Origin: Octopus vulgaris
Taxonomy: Eukaryota
DNA: 64,000 nt
Direction of reading: 5' to 3'
Assembly: GCA_951406725.2 (NCBI GenBank)
Contig: OX597828.1
Coordinates: forward strand, 63,302,001 to 63,366,000
Shown: positions 42,439 through 56,890 of the stretch, in pieces
Layout: each line of letters begins with the position of its first letter
How positions within the stretch are numbered: position 1 is the first letter of the stretch
The notes under the pieces: generated by a model
What the model was told of the DNA's origin: nothing
What the model saw: only the letters and a program-made list of their open reading frames with translations
The model's database searches: none
Made by a program: the position numbers and the translations under genes

Positions 42439-42440
<2 letters not shown>
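42295..42440 (+). mobile_element. SINE family B, 3' part
   Basis: Near identical to 44244-44390. Confidence 0.85.
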
Positions 42441-42493
<53 letters not shown>

Positions 42494-43205
42494 GTAATAA
42501 ACCTCAAACATGAATCTGCATACATTGTAATCTGCAGAAATTACAAAGTGACTCAAGGCACAATGTATACATATACATGAATAGGTAAGAAGTAAACACA
42601 TTTGGGGTTTAAAATTTACGATAGCTGTTTCGGTAGAATCTTCTTTATTTAATGCAGTTATCACGATATTTAATCGTCCAACACCAGGTAAGGTTTGGAA
42701 CATTGACCTGGACATAGCCAACATTAGCTGGACAAGAGACTCATTTAAGTTTTACATTTGAGTATAGAGGATAATTTGAAGGTAGGGCTAAAAACAGGCA
42801 AATGATAAACCCAGCCGTCTATGGTATTCTACTCGTTGCTAAGCAACGGGTACTAATAACGAACTAACTAAATAAATGACAATAAAACAAAATCATCCAC
42901 AGTTGCGAACTTCACTAATTTAATTATAGGAATTAATGAGTGTTTATCACTGGCTGGTATTTCTAGCGGTTGATAGTGATAGTAGTGGTGGTAGTAGTAG
43001 AAATCGTGGTGGTGACGGAGGGGGTTGATAACAGCGGTGACAATGATGGTGGTGTTGGTGGCGATGACGGCAAGTTTGGTGGTGACATTCATGACGATAA
43101 TGATGATGGTGCAGCTAGTAATGTTTTTTGTTGTTTATGATGATAATGATGATGATGATAATGATGATGATGATGATGATGATGGTGATGATGATGGTGA
43201 TGATG

Positions 43206-43237
<32 letters not shown>

Positions 43238-43989
43238 GATGATGATAATGATCAGTTTGGAGCTGGCGTTATTGATAATTGCTATATTTGTGGCCTTAAC
43301 AGTGGCTGTGATGGTTGTATAACCCCAGGTCAGTCCTAAATCAAGCAGTCCTGTCGCTCGATCGACGATCCCCTTCCACATACCGTTACTTTGACATTGT
43401 TGCTACGTGTAGTTTTGATCGTTAGTGAATACTAGGAATTCTTCAGGCTTTAGTTCTTCTTTTGCTTTTTTAGAGTTGAAGCTTTGGCGTTGGCCATTAT
43501 TAGGTGTGAAGAGCAGAAGTTGTTGCCTGGGTAAATGTTGTCACAGCTAGCTTAGCGTGGCATGTGTTGTTTGGGTTGTTTAGGATGTAAGGGAAGTTTA
43601 GTTACTGTTAGTTTGGCACCTCTCTTGTTATATGCGCTGTTTGAAAACCAGGATATTTTCAGTGTATTGGAGATTTATTCGATGCTGCTTTTAAACTGAG
43701 AGCATTACTAGCATCAGGGGTTGTGTTATTGCCGGAAATGGTGGCGGAAGTGATAGTGATTATAATTGGGACGGTTAGTTAAAAATGAAAGGAACGTTTT
43801 CTAAAGCGAAGAAAAATAGATATAGGCGTTCGAATCCAAGCAAATATGTTAATACTGCTTCATTTAATTTTGCTTTGCCTTATTTTGTTCTTATCTGTTC
43901 CAGGAAGAATTCTAACAGGAAAATTCCTTTCGTACAAATTTGGACTTGGAAATACTCTCAAAGACAAAAAAAAAAAAAAAAAAATTATA

Positions 43990-44397
43990 GGCGTAGGAGT
44001 GGTAAGTAGCTTGCTAACCAACCACATGGTTCCGGGTTCAGTCCCACTGCGTGGCATCTTGGGCAAGTGTCTTCTGCTATAGCCCCGGGCCGACCAATGC
44101 CTTGTGAGTGGATTTGGTAGACAGAAACTGAAAGAAGCCTGTCGTATATATGTATATATATGTATGTGTGTGTGTTTGTGTGTCTGTGTTTGTCCCCCTA
44201 GCATTGCTTGACAACCGATGCTGGTGTGTTTATGTCCCCGTTACTTAGCGGTTCGGCAAAAGAGACCGATAGAATAAGTACTGGGCTTACAAAGAATAAG
44301 TCCCGGATTCGAGTTGCTCGATTAAAGGTGGTGCTCCAGCATGGCCGCAGTCAAAATGACTGAAACAAGTAAAAGAGTAAAAGAGTAAAGAGTAAAA
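43990..44397 (+). mobile_element. tRNA-derived SINE family B, full length, (GAGTAAAA)n tail
   Basis: ggttcagtccc B box, cttgggcaagtgtctt CORE-like segment, internal microsatellite, tandem tail. Confidence 0.9.
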
Positions 44398-45055
44398 AGA
44401 AACAAAAAAGAGCATAAAAAAGATACACCAGCAACAATAACACAAAATAAATAAAAATAACAAAAAGAAATGATTAACAAAACAACAAATCACACAGCAT
44501 TGTGACTGTTGCAAACAATTGAAAATAAAAACAATGAGGAGGTTAAGGATTTTCATAATTGTGTTTCACTGAGTGGCATTGTAAGAGTAACATTTAGGTG
44601 TTCAACATAATGGGCGATTCTTCTAGATGACAATGGCATCGATGGTGTAGCAGGGAGAGAGAGGGTGAGAGTTTGCAAGACAAGGCTATTGTGGTCTTTG
44701 TGATCTGTAAATAACGAAGGAATTATTCCAGGGACCATTTAATGGCAGAGGAATTGAAATTCTTTTACTCTTTGACAGACTGGCAGCTAAATTGTTTTCT
44801 ATCGGTCTGGTTTATTTTACCTTCCCCCCTCTTTTTGTTATTAAAAGGTGGCCTAGACGTGGAAGTGGTTGGGGCTGAGGGGTAAACTCACGGGACGACC
44901 ATGTGAGAGATGAAGAACCAAACACGGTTCTCTAATCGGTCCGCCTACATAGGTTTGACGACAATATCACGGGATTTTCTATTCTATGATCGGTGGATCA
45001 CCACCACCACCACCACCACCACCACCACGACAACGGCCACGACAACGACGACGAC

Positions 45056-45087
<32 letters not shown>

Positions 45088-45372
45088 CAACGACGACGAC
45101 GACGACGACCACCACCACCACCACCACCACCACCACAAAATGTCTATACTCGGTTATATGTCGCAGCCGCCACACCACATTCTCACACTCCATCACGCAC
45201 CGCATGACGTTGCTCTACACACCATCTCACTTCATTTCATTATTTTAAACCAACGTCACATTATATTGTACAGACGCACGAACACACACACACAACACAC
45301 AACACACACACACACACAACACAACACACAACACACAACACACAACACAACAACACACAACACACAACACAA

Positions 45373-45404
<32 letters not shown>

Positions 45405-45604
45405 GCACACAGCACAACACACATACACACACACACAACACAACACAACACACAACACAACACACATACACACACACACAACACACAACACACAACACAC
45501 AACACACACTGACAAATTCACCGAGAAACAGACACCTTTTCACTAAATGAAGTAACCCGAAAGATTGCAGTGTGAAACATATTGGAGAAAATTCCAATAT
45601 CTAT

Positions 45605-45646
<42 letters not shown>

Positions 45647-45751
45647 ACGCGCTGTGTGCGTTTGTGTATGTATCTGTAACTCTACCAATCTCTCTTTCTC
45701 TATATACAGTATATGTATGCATGTATGCATGTATGTGTGTATGTATGGATG

Positions 45752-45833
<82 letters not shown>

Positions 45834-45854
45834 CTTACCTATCTATCTATCTAT

Positions 45855-46861
45855 ACGACGACGATCTTGGGGCGAACCTGGACGTAGACGAGGAATACCT
45901 GACCCGCCTGATCGGGACGACTTTCGGGCCAAGGCCCATGGACAACTTCCAGAGATCCCTGGCCTGGCAGTGCTACCGAGAAGCGCTACCCGTTCGGGAT
46001 AAGCTCTACAGACACGGCTCGAGAAACACGGGGCCGACCTGCCCGAGATGCGGTCAGAGCGACGAAACCGTTCTGCACGCACTCGTGCAGTGTCCAACAA
46101 TTTCCGACCTGTGGGCTTATGTCGAACAACTGCTGTCACGTGTGGGACGAGTCGGTTTATCAGCTGTGTCTATCGTCAATATTGTCACGCCTCCTTCCTT
46201 CAAACGGGAAGGAAGAGCTATTTTCATCATCCTTGTGGCTATGGCGAAAGAATGTATCTGGTGGACGCGTCTGAAAGGATTGGAGACAAACACTTTCCTC
46301 TCTGGTCAATCTCTCATCAACTTCTTCAAGTACCACTTGAAAAGGAAAGTGAGAGTAGAGAGGCAAGTTTTGTCTAGCGAATGTTTTAAAAAAAGATGGG
46401 TGAATGTAGCAAGGATGGCACGTATGAATGACAAAGCCACCTTGAGCATAATCCTATGAACCCAGAAATTGAAAACAGAGGGTTACCCACTTGCAAACAA
46501 ATGTGGTAACATATAACAATATTGACCGAGGTTACCGTGGTCTTTTTCGTAGGCTTTTCTTTCCACGGATAAACCTTATCTGCTTCCCCCTTTACACCGT
46601 ACATCATGACACTGTGATACACGATCCCTATTGATCGTTTTTTTCCTCTTCCCCTTTTTTCCCCTTTTTTCTTCTTTTTTCCTTTTTCTTTTCCTTTTTT
46701 TCTTTTTTTTTTTCTTCTTTTTTTTTTCGTTTTTCCCTTTTACGATCCCTTTTGATCGAAAGCCTACGCCTTTTTTTTTTGTTTTTTTCATCCCCAAAAG
46801 AAAAGCTCTACCTTGTAATTTGTCCCATCTGTGTGCAGCCCTGTGTGGCCAATAAAGAAAC
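45855..46861 (+). mobile_element. 5'-truncated Tx1-like (L1 group) LINE with zf-RVT zinc finger, within (TATC)n
   Basis: Uninterrupted frame ...SLAWQCYREALPVRDKLYRHG...CPRCGQSDETVLHALVQCP...LW (stop 46459); 3' UTR ending aataaagaaac. Confidence 0.92.
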
Positions 46862-47111
<250 letters not shown>

Positions 47112-47112
47112 G

Positions 47113-47155
<43 letters not shown>

Positions 47156-47248
47156 GTCTATCTATCTGTCTATTTATGTCTGTATATGTATATTTTATGC
47201 TTTTCTCTGTATTCTGTATGTATGTATTCACGTATGCATGTATATGTT

Positions 47249-47302
<54 letters not shown>

Positions 47303-47655
47303 AATGAGATAGGGGTTGAAAATTCCACCCACCATGGGATAACATATATCCAATATACTGCTAGATAGGTACCCAACAAGACTAATACATAGATGTTAAA
47401 AATTGCCAAACAATCAGTTCATCTATTGTATTATATGGGTAAAGGTAATAATATTACCGTAAATTAATACTACAAAATTAGAAAATGGAGAAACATACTT
47501 AAATCAATAAAACATCAACTATCAGATGATACCCAATCAATACTTTATTACACCATTACATATCAGTAAAGGCATTATACAAAATATACAGTAAATGTAA
47601 ATAGACAAAGAGATATAAGTATAAAATTTCAAATATAATATGTAATTAAATAATA

Positions 47656-47765
47656 TCTGACAGCTGTTTCGGCAGCAAGGGCAGTCATACCTCATTTAAC
47701 CTATAAGCCATAAAGGCAGGTATAAATGAGGCATTAACAAGGATGCCCCACGGCCTCTTCAGAGA
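47656..47765 (-). ncRNA. Type I hammerhead ribozyme of the Penelope-like element
   Basis: tct-CTGAAGA-ggc[85-nt helix II with internal hairpin]gcc-GAAAC-agct-GTC-aga. Confidence 0.85.
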
Positions 47766-48100
47766 ATTAAATTTGTTATAATTGTGAAAAAATTATTTTT
47801 CCATATACATATAAATATAAAAATATAAAAATGTAAAATATAAAAACTTATGCATAAACTTCATAATGCTACACTTATATAATATAATACTCATTGGTAC
47901 AATAATGCAAGGTAAACAAAACAAAATAAAACAAAATATATATCAGTGTATATATTAATATTAATAAGCACAGTTATTATACATATTTGGCTAATAGTTT
48001 TAAAAAACTAACACATAGGGAAATGAAAAATAATAATTAAAACCATGGTTCAGTTCATAAAATTATAAAGCTATAAAAGTCAATAAAAATTACTATTAAT

Positions 48101-48155
<55 letters not shown>

Positions 48156-49786
48156 GATACAGTTATGTTTGCACCAAGTCCATCCTTTCAAGATCGAAAT
48201 AACTATGAGTTTAGAAATTCTGACCACTAGGTAATGATTATTTAGATTAATTCGATTGGCTAGTAGTTTGAAATTTAAATCACAAAAGAAATTTTACGGT
48301 TAGTTAGTCAAGGAACGCCAATATTCACACGCGCATCCACAGATCAATCGCACATACTTACATAATTATATGTATACACACACACATACACTTATACACA
48401 TACATAACCACAAGCAACAACTAGCACATAGATAAACAAAAAGGGGAGCAACTATGCTGCCATTTAGTCTTTCAAAATTATAACTATGCCTCAAATAACA
48501 AAAAAGATCCACTCATGCATTTCCATAAAATATTTATTTTAAAGATATATATATTTTTTAAAATATCAGTATGTTACGATGTCAGATACTATTTCATTGG
48601 GTAACTTAAAATTTATAACACCGGTTTATTGCATAGTAAACATACCGGTTATTAGATTTACCGTAAGTTTGTTATGATTCCAAGTACGCTAAGATATAAA
48701 ATATATATTAATTTATATATTATAAATATATCTCTTTTTTACTTAATAAATTCAATGCCATAATATACCAGATTAGGCATTAAATAATATCAACATGGGG
48801 AAGTACTAATGCAATCGTATATAAGAACATCACAGAAATTTTAAAAAATTTATATATTATAAATACTTAAGATAAAATGTGATAAAATAAATAAGAAGGA
48901 ATAATTACGGTTACACACATATTATAAGTACAAACCAGTATATATGTATTCATATATTATTAAAATAAAAATAAATGATAGATATGTATGTATAAAACTA
49001 CACTTGTATAAGTAAATAAGTAAAAAATAAATAGATAACAAATTAGATGACTTGATATGTATGTATAAATCTACACTTAAATAAGCAAATAAATAAATAA
49101 TTAGAAGACTAAATGCAGAGATAGATACCATTACAATAAAATAAAAAATAAAGTGAATATATATATTATATTGATGAAAGTAAACATGTATGGAAGGATA
49201 ATTTAAAGTACAGATCCAGAAGACTATAGATATAAACTAAATATATAAGGCTGGTAATATTTATAAAGCCAAATGTTTGTAAATGAAAAGGTTTATTAGT
49301 AAATAGCATAAGATACAAATTAAGGTGAGTACAAAGAAAGACCAAATATACAATATAAACCTGCCAAATAAACACATACAAAAAACCTAGATTCTCAACC
49401 TAAACAAACCAAACTCATGAAAGGCTCTCATATATTACATATTACACAAATGCATTACATTATCTAGAGCTAGGTATCTAACCAAGATATACATAAACAC
49501 TATGCAATATTAGAAAACTTCAAAAATCACATATTACAAGGCAAATACCAAAATGAATATGTTATTTCATGTCATATTGCATTTCCCTTAAAAACAAGAC
49601 AAAAACCCACATATAAAAAACAAGAAACAATTAATACTAGACACATCTATTATTATTATACAAATGTAGCTATAAAATTATAAAATTATAAATTTATAAG
49701 TTGCATACTTTAGAATTATAGAAGACCACTGGTATAGTTAGTTATAGAAGGGAGTTAAAAATTATTAATAGTAGAAGTGCTAAGTT

Positions 49787-50919
49787 CTATTTGAATCTAG
49801 AAAAGGTGAACGGTAGTCTATGAATGCAAAAAAAGTTTTTTTCATTTATGTTGTTAATAATTTGCCTACCGCTTTAATAATGAAAAAAATTTCATTAATA
49901 CATAGAGAGCATTTTTTATTTTTTCCATTATACACAGGTGCTGAAGTTAGTATTTTCCAGTTTAATCTAAAATCTAAGTTCTTACTTTTAAGTTCCCAGA
50001 TGTATGCACTTAGCCCTGTAGAGTACATTCTATTTTTATTTCTAAAAGTATATCTGTGATAATTCAATCTCTGTTTTATGCTATTCATAGTTGCCCCGAT
50101 GTACACCCTACTACTCAATTGTGTATCTACAGTGCATTGGTAAACTACCTCCTTCCTGAGGCATTGATTACCAAACACACATTTATTTCTGTTTCTGCAA
50201 TTACAAAGATTAACAGAATGAGGTAATCTAAGATTGGTCCCCACCCCTGTACCACCATTCACATTATAAGTGTTACAATTGTTATCATCATCCAAACCCA
50301 AAATCAACGAATGAGTTAATTTCACATTATTGGCTATATTCCTATCACTAGTACTAGTATTGGTAGTAGTAGTAGTATCATCTATTACATTTATATTATC
50401 CCTAGCAGGTACGGTGCACTCATAATTAGTAAGGGGGTTGTTCACATTAGTTCCAAGAAAGTTTCTGTTCCTATTATTATTAAAGAGGGGCAAATTTCCA
50501 TTGTCTAAATTCAATTTTCTATCCTTATAGAAGTAATCCAGTTTCCTGTTATTAAAAGAGGAGATAATGGTGGCTAGATTATGAGTAATGCTATATCCCA
50601 CTCTAACAGTACCGTTGTTAATTAAAGGACTAAATTTATTCTTATCCTTACCAAAATGCCTAAATATAACATTATGCAAAGCTCTCACTATGTTTGTTTT
50701 AATCTGCATTGCATATGGGATAATCAGCCAGAGTGTATCCTTATCAGAATTAGGATTGCCTATCGAATTATTGTTATTTGTAAAAATCCTATTCCTAGAC
50801 CAACCTATAAGTTTACTATTCTTACCACTGTCATTGTTATATCTATCTATATCAATATTCCCATGATTATTACGCAAGTAAACTTTACCATTATCATGTC
50901 TACCATAAGTTTTAATATG
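49787..50919 (-). pseudogene. Penelope-like ORF C-terminus: linker + GIY-YIG endonuclease (Neptune-like Cys motifs), one frameshift near the end
   Basis: CNCRNRNKC..GNQCLRKEVVY, RVYIGAT, KQRLNYH, LSAYIWELK, CSLCINE; the terminal INEKNFFCIHRLPF motif lies in an adjacent frame (stop 49787). Confidence 0.88.
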
Positions 50920-51100
50920 TTATTTAATTACATATTATATTTGAAATTTTATACTTATATCTCTTTGTCTATTTACATTTACTGTATATTTTGTATAATG
51001 CCTTTACTGATATGTAATGGTGTAATAAAGTATTGATTGGGTATCATCTGATAGTTGATGTTTTATTGATTTAAGTATGTTTCTCCATTTTCTAATTTTG

Positions 51101-51155
<55 letters not shown>

Positions 51156-51565
51156 TACATACATACACACATACATACATACCAAGGTAGATAGAGTGAT
51201 AGAGAAAGATAGATGGATAGCTGTATGAATTAACTTGTGCAGCAACAAACGTGGCCAAGCACTTGTCAGTCTATTGACAAGTTAAGATGTATAAAATTCA
51301 AAAAGTCACCGGAGCGAAGCTATTGACGGCGAAAACACCTGTTCACCACAGTATCTTACAGTCAAACACTTTGCTCTACGCAACAAGTATCTGGTCTATA
51401 TTGAATAATAAACCGTCTTAGAAATGGTTAAAGCATAAAGGAATTCATATCTCTTGCAACAATTCCATCTCCATTTCTTTTCTTTATGGAATTTCGAAAA
51501 TTGAAACATAATCAAACGTCACTGATAAAACTAGACGCCATGTCAACATATGGGAGCATGCTGTT

Positions 51566-51717
<152 letters not shown>

Positions 51718-51969
51718 AGTGTGTGTTTGTGTGTGTGCGCGCGCGCGCGCGTGTGTGTTTGTATGTGTGGGTTATACGTTGTTTGTGTAGACATATGGCG
51801 ATATTGATATCATTCTTCATCTTCTAAGTCTTCTCCTTTTCCTCCTCCTCGACGTTATCCTCATCATCACCATCACCATCATCATTATCCAAATCATGAT
51901 CATAATCAGCATTATTATCAACAATTAATAAAGGATATTCAAGTAATTATCATCGAAATATTATATACC

Positions 51970-52041
<72 letters not shown>

Positions 52042-52171
52042 TACACCACACATACAAACACACATACACAGTGTCTTCATAAACATACGCAAATTCAAGA
52101 AGTGTATAAAGTACCCTCAATTGACGTAATATGCAAAGGTCTCTCTCTCTTCCCTTCTCTTTCTCTCTTCC

Positions 52172-52240
<69 letters not shown>

Positions 52241-52805
52241 ATATGAGACATTCTTTATATCCAACTTAACGTGGCTGTTGTGTTATTTACTACAAAAGGA
52301 TCTCTCATATGGACGCATGGTGCATAAAAACACTCATGTTTATATCGTTGGCAATGAGAATTGTCTGCTAGTGGTATATTTGTTGATCCAGTAGATTTCA
52401 AAATTTTATTCCCAAACAGCGAGACTCTTTCGGTTCGTCTCCCACACATTCCTGCAGATAACACTTTCCTCCCACTTTTGTTCGAACACCTGTTTTGTAT
52501 TTCGTCGAAGTGTTGCTTTTCCTTGTCTGTCGTTTCCTTTTGTTGTTTGCGGAGAAGATTAAAGAGAAAATTACGTGAAGATGGTAAAGAATTTATTAGA
52601 AACTCCATAATCGATTGGCATCTGTCTGTAGCTGAAAGGCACCAAAATTCTTCACGACTTTTTGGCTCTGACGTCAGTGTTTTCAAAACAATGAGCTAAA
52701 AAAATAAAATAAAATAAAATAAAAAACCACAGAAAACTAAAAATTATCAAAATTCTCTCATTTGCCATCGAAGACATTTTTCTTTGCCCAGTTTTCTGAG
52801 ATAGG

Positions 52806-52862
<57 letters not shown>

Positions 52863-53211
52863 GTCGCTGCTGCTGCTGCTACTGCTGCTGCTGGTGCTGC
52901 TGGTGCTACTGTTCTTTTTAATAAATATTTTTTCTATCAATCCAACTTATTTAATTATATTTTGCAATTTCGTATCATATATTCTTCTTCTTTTTTCTTC
53001 TTCTTCTTCTTCTTCTTCTTCTTCTTCTTCTTCTTCTTCTTCTTCTTCTTCTTCTTCTTCTTCTTCTTCTTCTTCTTCTTCTTCTTCTTCGTTGTCGTCG
53101 TCGTCGTCGTCATCATCATCATCATCATTGCTTTTATTATTATCGATTAATTATTTATATCTAAGTAATCATCATCGAAATAAACACTCACACACACACA
53201 CACACACACAC

Positions 53212-53252
<41 letters not shown>

Positions 53253-53907
53253 TGCGCGCGCACTTTGACACGCATCAGGGTTACTCGCCTGAGGTACAAA
53301 CTTTTTCAGGTTATCTCATTTCAGTCGAACAACGTACAAAAAATATACACACAAGGATACATATATATACATACGTACATATATACATACATATATATAT
53401 ACATACATGTTTATGTGTGTGTACGTGTAAATATATATATATATATATATATTTGTATATGTATTTACATATACATATATACATACATGCATATATATAT
53501 ATATATGTAGTCGTTCGTGTGCGTGTGAAGTTATATCAACATAGCGACATACATAGTCATGAAGTTAAACGCATCCTCACCAAGTCACGAGCGCATGCGT
53601 ACAATACATACACAGATTCACACATATTGTGTTCTTTGAGTGTATCTATTCATTCTCTTCTGCTCGTTCTGTCTTTTTCTCTATACAATCGTGTGCGTGA
53701 ATATATATATATATACCACGGCAGTGATGTATACACACACACACACACACAAAATATATAATATATATATGTACATATCTGCAAATGTAATATGTAACAA
53801 TTATTCGGTAGCCAAGATAAAGCTCCGAGTTTACAGATAAATTCCTCTATTTACATAATATCGAGGTCTCTTTCTTTCTTTTATCTTACCGTTTTTACCA
53901 ATATATA

Positions 53908-53967
<60 letters not shown>

Positions 53968-53968
<1 letters not shown>

Positions 53969-55064
53969 TTTTATCCTTCGAAACGTTTAGTAGATGAAAC
54001 TTTAGCGACTGAAGAAGGGGATTTTTCGTTGTGCTTATTGTCCTGTATCTCCTTTTTTTTTTTTTTTTTGCCTGTCTTGTTCCTTGGTTTGTGTCTATGT
54101 TTTTCGTCTCTCTATGTGTTCGACGTCTTTTTGGTGTCCTGTACACATATATGCGTGTATATGTACATGTAGAGGTAGGTACGTACATATATGTTTATAT
54201 ATATGCATATATTTTATTAACATATTATACGACTAAACGCACGCACCCTATTAAGTAAGATTGTTCTGTTTATCAAGTTCGCCTTGATATTAACTCTCAC
54301 GCGACTCTGCATCTTTCTTTCTTTCTCTCCCATTCCCTTTTTCGTCTTTTTTCCCTCACTTAACTTGTCTCTTCCTCTCTCTCTCCCCCTCACTGTTCTT
54401 CATGGTCTCCTCGCACCATTCCCCTTCTTCTCTCTCTTCCTCTTGCTCCTCCTCCCCCATTCCCGTCGTCCATCTGCGACGATACTTCCGTCGTAACTGC
54501 TATCCTGTCCTTTCTCGCCCGCCTTCTAAGGCTACTGGTCGACATCTTCCTCTCTCGTCGTCCACTATAATCCAGCGTTTGCAATACTTTTTTCGTCTGG
54601 CGTTAACAGCCCTTCTTATCTTGTTCTCCTTGTCCTGTCTCTCACTGTTATATATTTATTTTTCCACTGTTTATATATATATTTTTTACTGTTTATATGT
54701 TTGTACTGTCGTTACCGTCTTGTTTTTTTTACCCCTCTGCGAAAAGATCTCAGAATTTTAATTGATTTGCTTTTCTCAGGAAGGAATTTTTCTTCGAAGT
54801 ATACGTCTCGCTTTTATCCTTCGAAACGTTTAGTAGATGAAACTTTAGCGACTGAAGAAGGGGATTTTTCGTTGTGCTTATTGTCCTGTATCTCCTTTTT
54901 TTTTTTTTTTTTTTTGCCTGTCTTGTTCCTTGGTTTGTGTCTATGTTTTTCGTCTCTCTATGTGTTCGACGTCTTTTTGGTGTCCTGTACACATATATGC
55001 GTGTAAATTTACATGTAGAGGTAGGTACGTACATATATTTTTATATATATGCATATATTTTATT

Positions 55065-55070
<6 letters not shown>
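53968..55070 (+). mobile_element. Direct repeats (~260 bp) flanking a spacer; probable Penelope pLTR-type relic
   Basis: 53968-54228 is nearly identical to 54810-55070; contains ccttcGAAACGT and CTGAAGA; bounded by (TA)n. Confidence 0.6.
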
Positions 55071-55110
<40 letters not shown>

Positions 55111-55234
55111 TATGTACATGTACACACACACACACACACACACATATACATATATATGTATGTATGTATGTCTATTTAGATGTGTATATGTATGTATAAT
55201 CTATATATCAAGCCCAAGCGTGATTATTTATATC

Positions 55235-55298
<64 letters not shown>

Positions 55299-55328
55299 CC
55301 TACCTACCTATCTATCTATCTATCTATC

Positions 55329-55443
<115 letters not shown>

Positions 55444-55444
55444 C

Positions 55445-55502
<58 letters not shown>

Positions 55503-55929
55503 GTCTATCTATATAATATGTTGGATGAAATCCAAGCTGTTTCCCCCTTGAAGCACATTTACATATTCTAGTGTTATACTCAAGTATGTATTTATAATGT
55601 TGTGATTCCTATTATGAAGTGAAACATGTGTAATGATGGAATAAATAATACCAAAAACTTTTTTCAGATTCCTGTTTTGATATATAATAACTCTGCAAAT
55701 AACACTTCCAAAATTTTCATTTCTAACATGTAGCTCACATGAAGGCAACAACGACAACAACCACATACTGGGTTGTAATACGGGAATAAGCAGATGAGCT
55801 TCAAGAGGAGACAACTTGGAATTCTTCCTTATCCACAGAATATAACAAATATATATATAAGGATAAAATCTATAAAAACCAGTTCAGGAAAAAATTAATA
55901 CAAGATACATAATTTTTCCCTTTAAATAT

Positions 55930-56098
55930 AAATACATTCATTACATTAAGGGCTATTAGTACATGTAAATGCCCCCCGCTGTTATGGGACTCTCAAGTCA
56001 AACTACTTTAATTAAATATATATATATCTAAGTAGTTTGACTTCAGAGTCCCGTAACAGCGGGAGGCATTTACGTGTAGTCCTTAATGTAATGAATGT

Positions 56099-56102
<4 letters not shown>
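55930..56102. repeat. Imperfect inverted repeat, ~75-bp arms, ~21-nt spacer
   Basis: aaatacattcattacattaagg...aactactt / aagtagtt...ccttaatgtaatgaatgtattt. Confidence 0.92.
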
Positions 56103-56177
<75 letters not shown>

Positions 56178-56321
56178 TAATGTTCATTCATGCACAAAAG
56201 AGGTGACCCTAACAGGACACCTTACATGCTAAAAGGAACAGTCAAGTTCAAACCACGGTTTAGAGTAATTTCGAAGGGGATGAAAAATAAAATCATTTCC
56301 AATAGTTACCACTTGTACCTA

Positions 56322-56498
56322 GGTTTCGAACAGTAACGAACAAATTAAATAATTTGTTATCCGTGTTCTTCATCAGCAAGGGCGCTAATAATTATCGTAT
56401 AATTATGGGATAAATAGAGAGCACGTCTCGTCTTTATACATTATAATTTTTCAAATCCACTGCGCAAGCGCAGTTTGTTCATTAATGTTCGAAACTTG
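56322..56498. mobile_element. Small MITE-like element with ~22-bp TIRs
   Basis: gtttcgaacagtaacgaacaaa / tttgttcattaatgttcgaaac. Confidence 0.6.
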
Positions 56499-56519
56499 CA
56501 CACACACACACACACACTG

Positions 56520-56890
56520 CTTTTCTTTGGTATCTAGTCTCGACTGAGAAAATCATTGATTAAAGACATTCCAGACGTGACCAACACACCTATTTTTCAG
56601 ACTACGAACTGTTCCTCTTATTATTTGTTTTGAATAATCTGGTATGATTTGAAAAAGATTTCGCTTTCTATCTCCAGCCGACCGAGCGGCCAACTAAACG
56701 CCGCTCATTCTGTTAGCAACAACAGCCATATTGTTTCAAATAACAACATACCGTCATAAGAAAAGGAAGGTTACATTGGACCACGTCATCTTATGCTACA
56801 TACTTCTGGAACGACGTGATAGGCCAGGCTGGAATTCTTTTGATTAAAATTCTCTCCGACCAGTGGTAATCTAGGGTTAAATAACAACAG
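56520..56890. mobile_element. Two inverted degenerate copies of a (CAA)n-tailed SINE-like family (also near 4950, 10815, 11090, 12110, 26370, 30365, 42690)
   Basis: Shared ggtc.cggctggaat, tagaaatagcagccaaat-like and ggggctaaacaacaac-like segments. Confidence 0.5.

Larger units (their letters stand above)
47297..51101 (-). mobile_element. 5'-truncated Penelope-like element with inverted 5' segment, inserted in (TA)n
   Basis: GIY-YIG ORF, ~2-kb AT-rich 3' region, hammerhead, and perfect inverted repeat 47472-47653 / 50920-51101. Confidence 0.88.

Noticed and set aside
43430-43790. Possible LINE ORF2 relic on the minus strand (similar case at 62620-63070, +)
   Set aside because: Composition is suggestive, but no diagnostic motif could be read
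44993-45550. His/Asp-rich 185-aa ORF
   Set aside because: Derived from (CAC)n/(GAC)n and CA-rich repeats
52255-52686. 143-aa minus-strand ORF as a hAT transposase or host gene
   Set aside because: Only a superficial EEFWC resemblance; no recognisable domain
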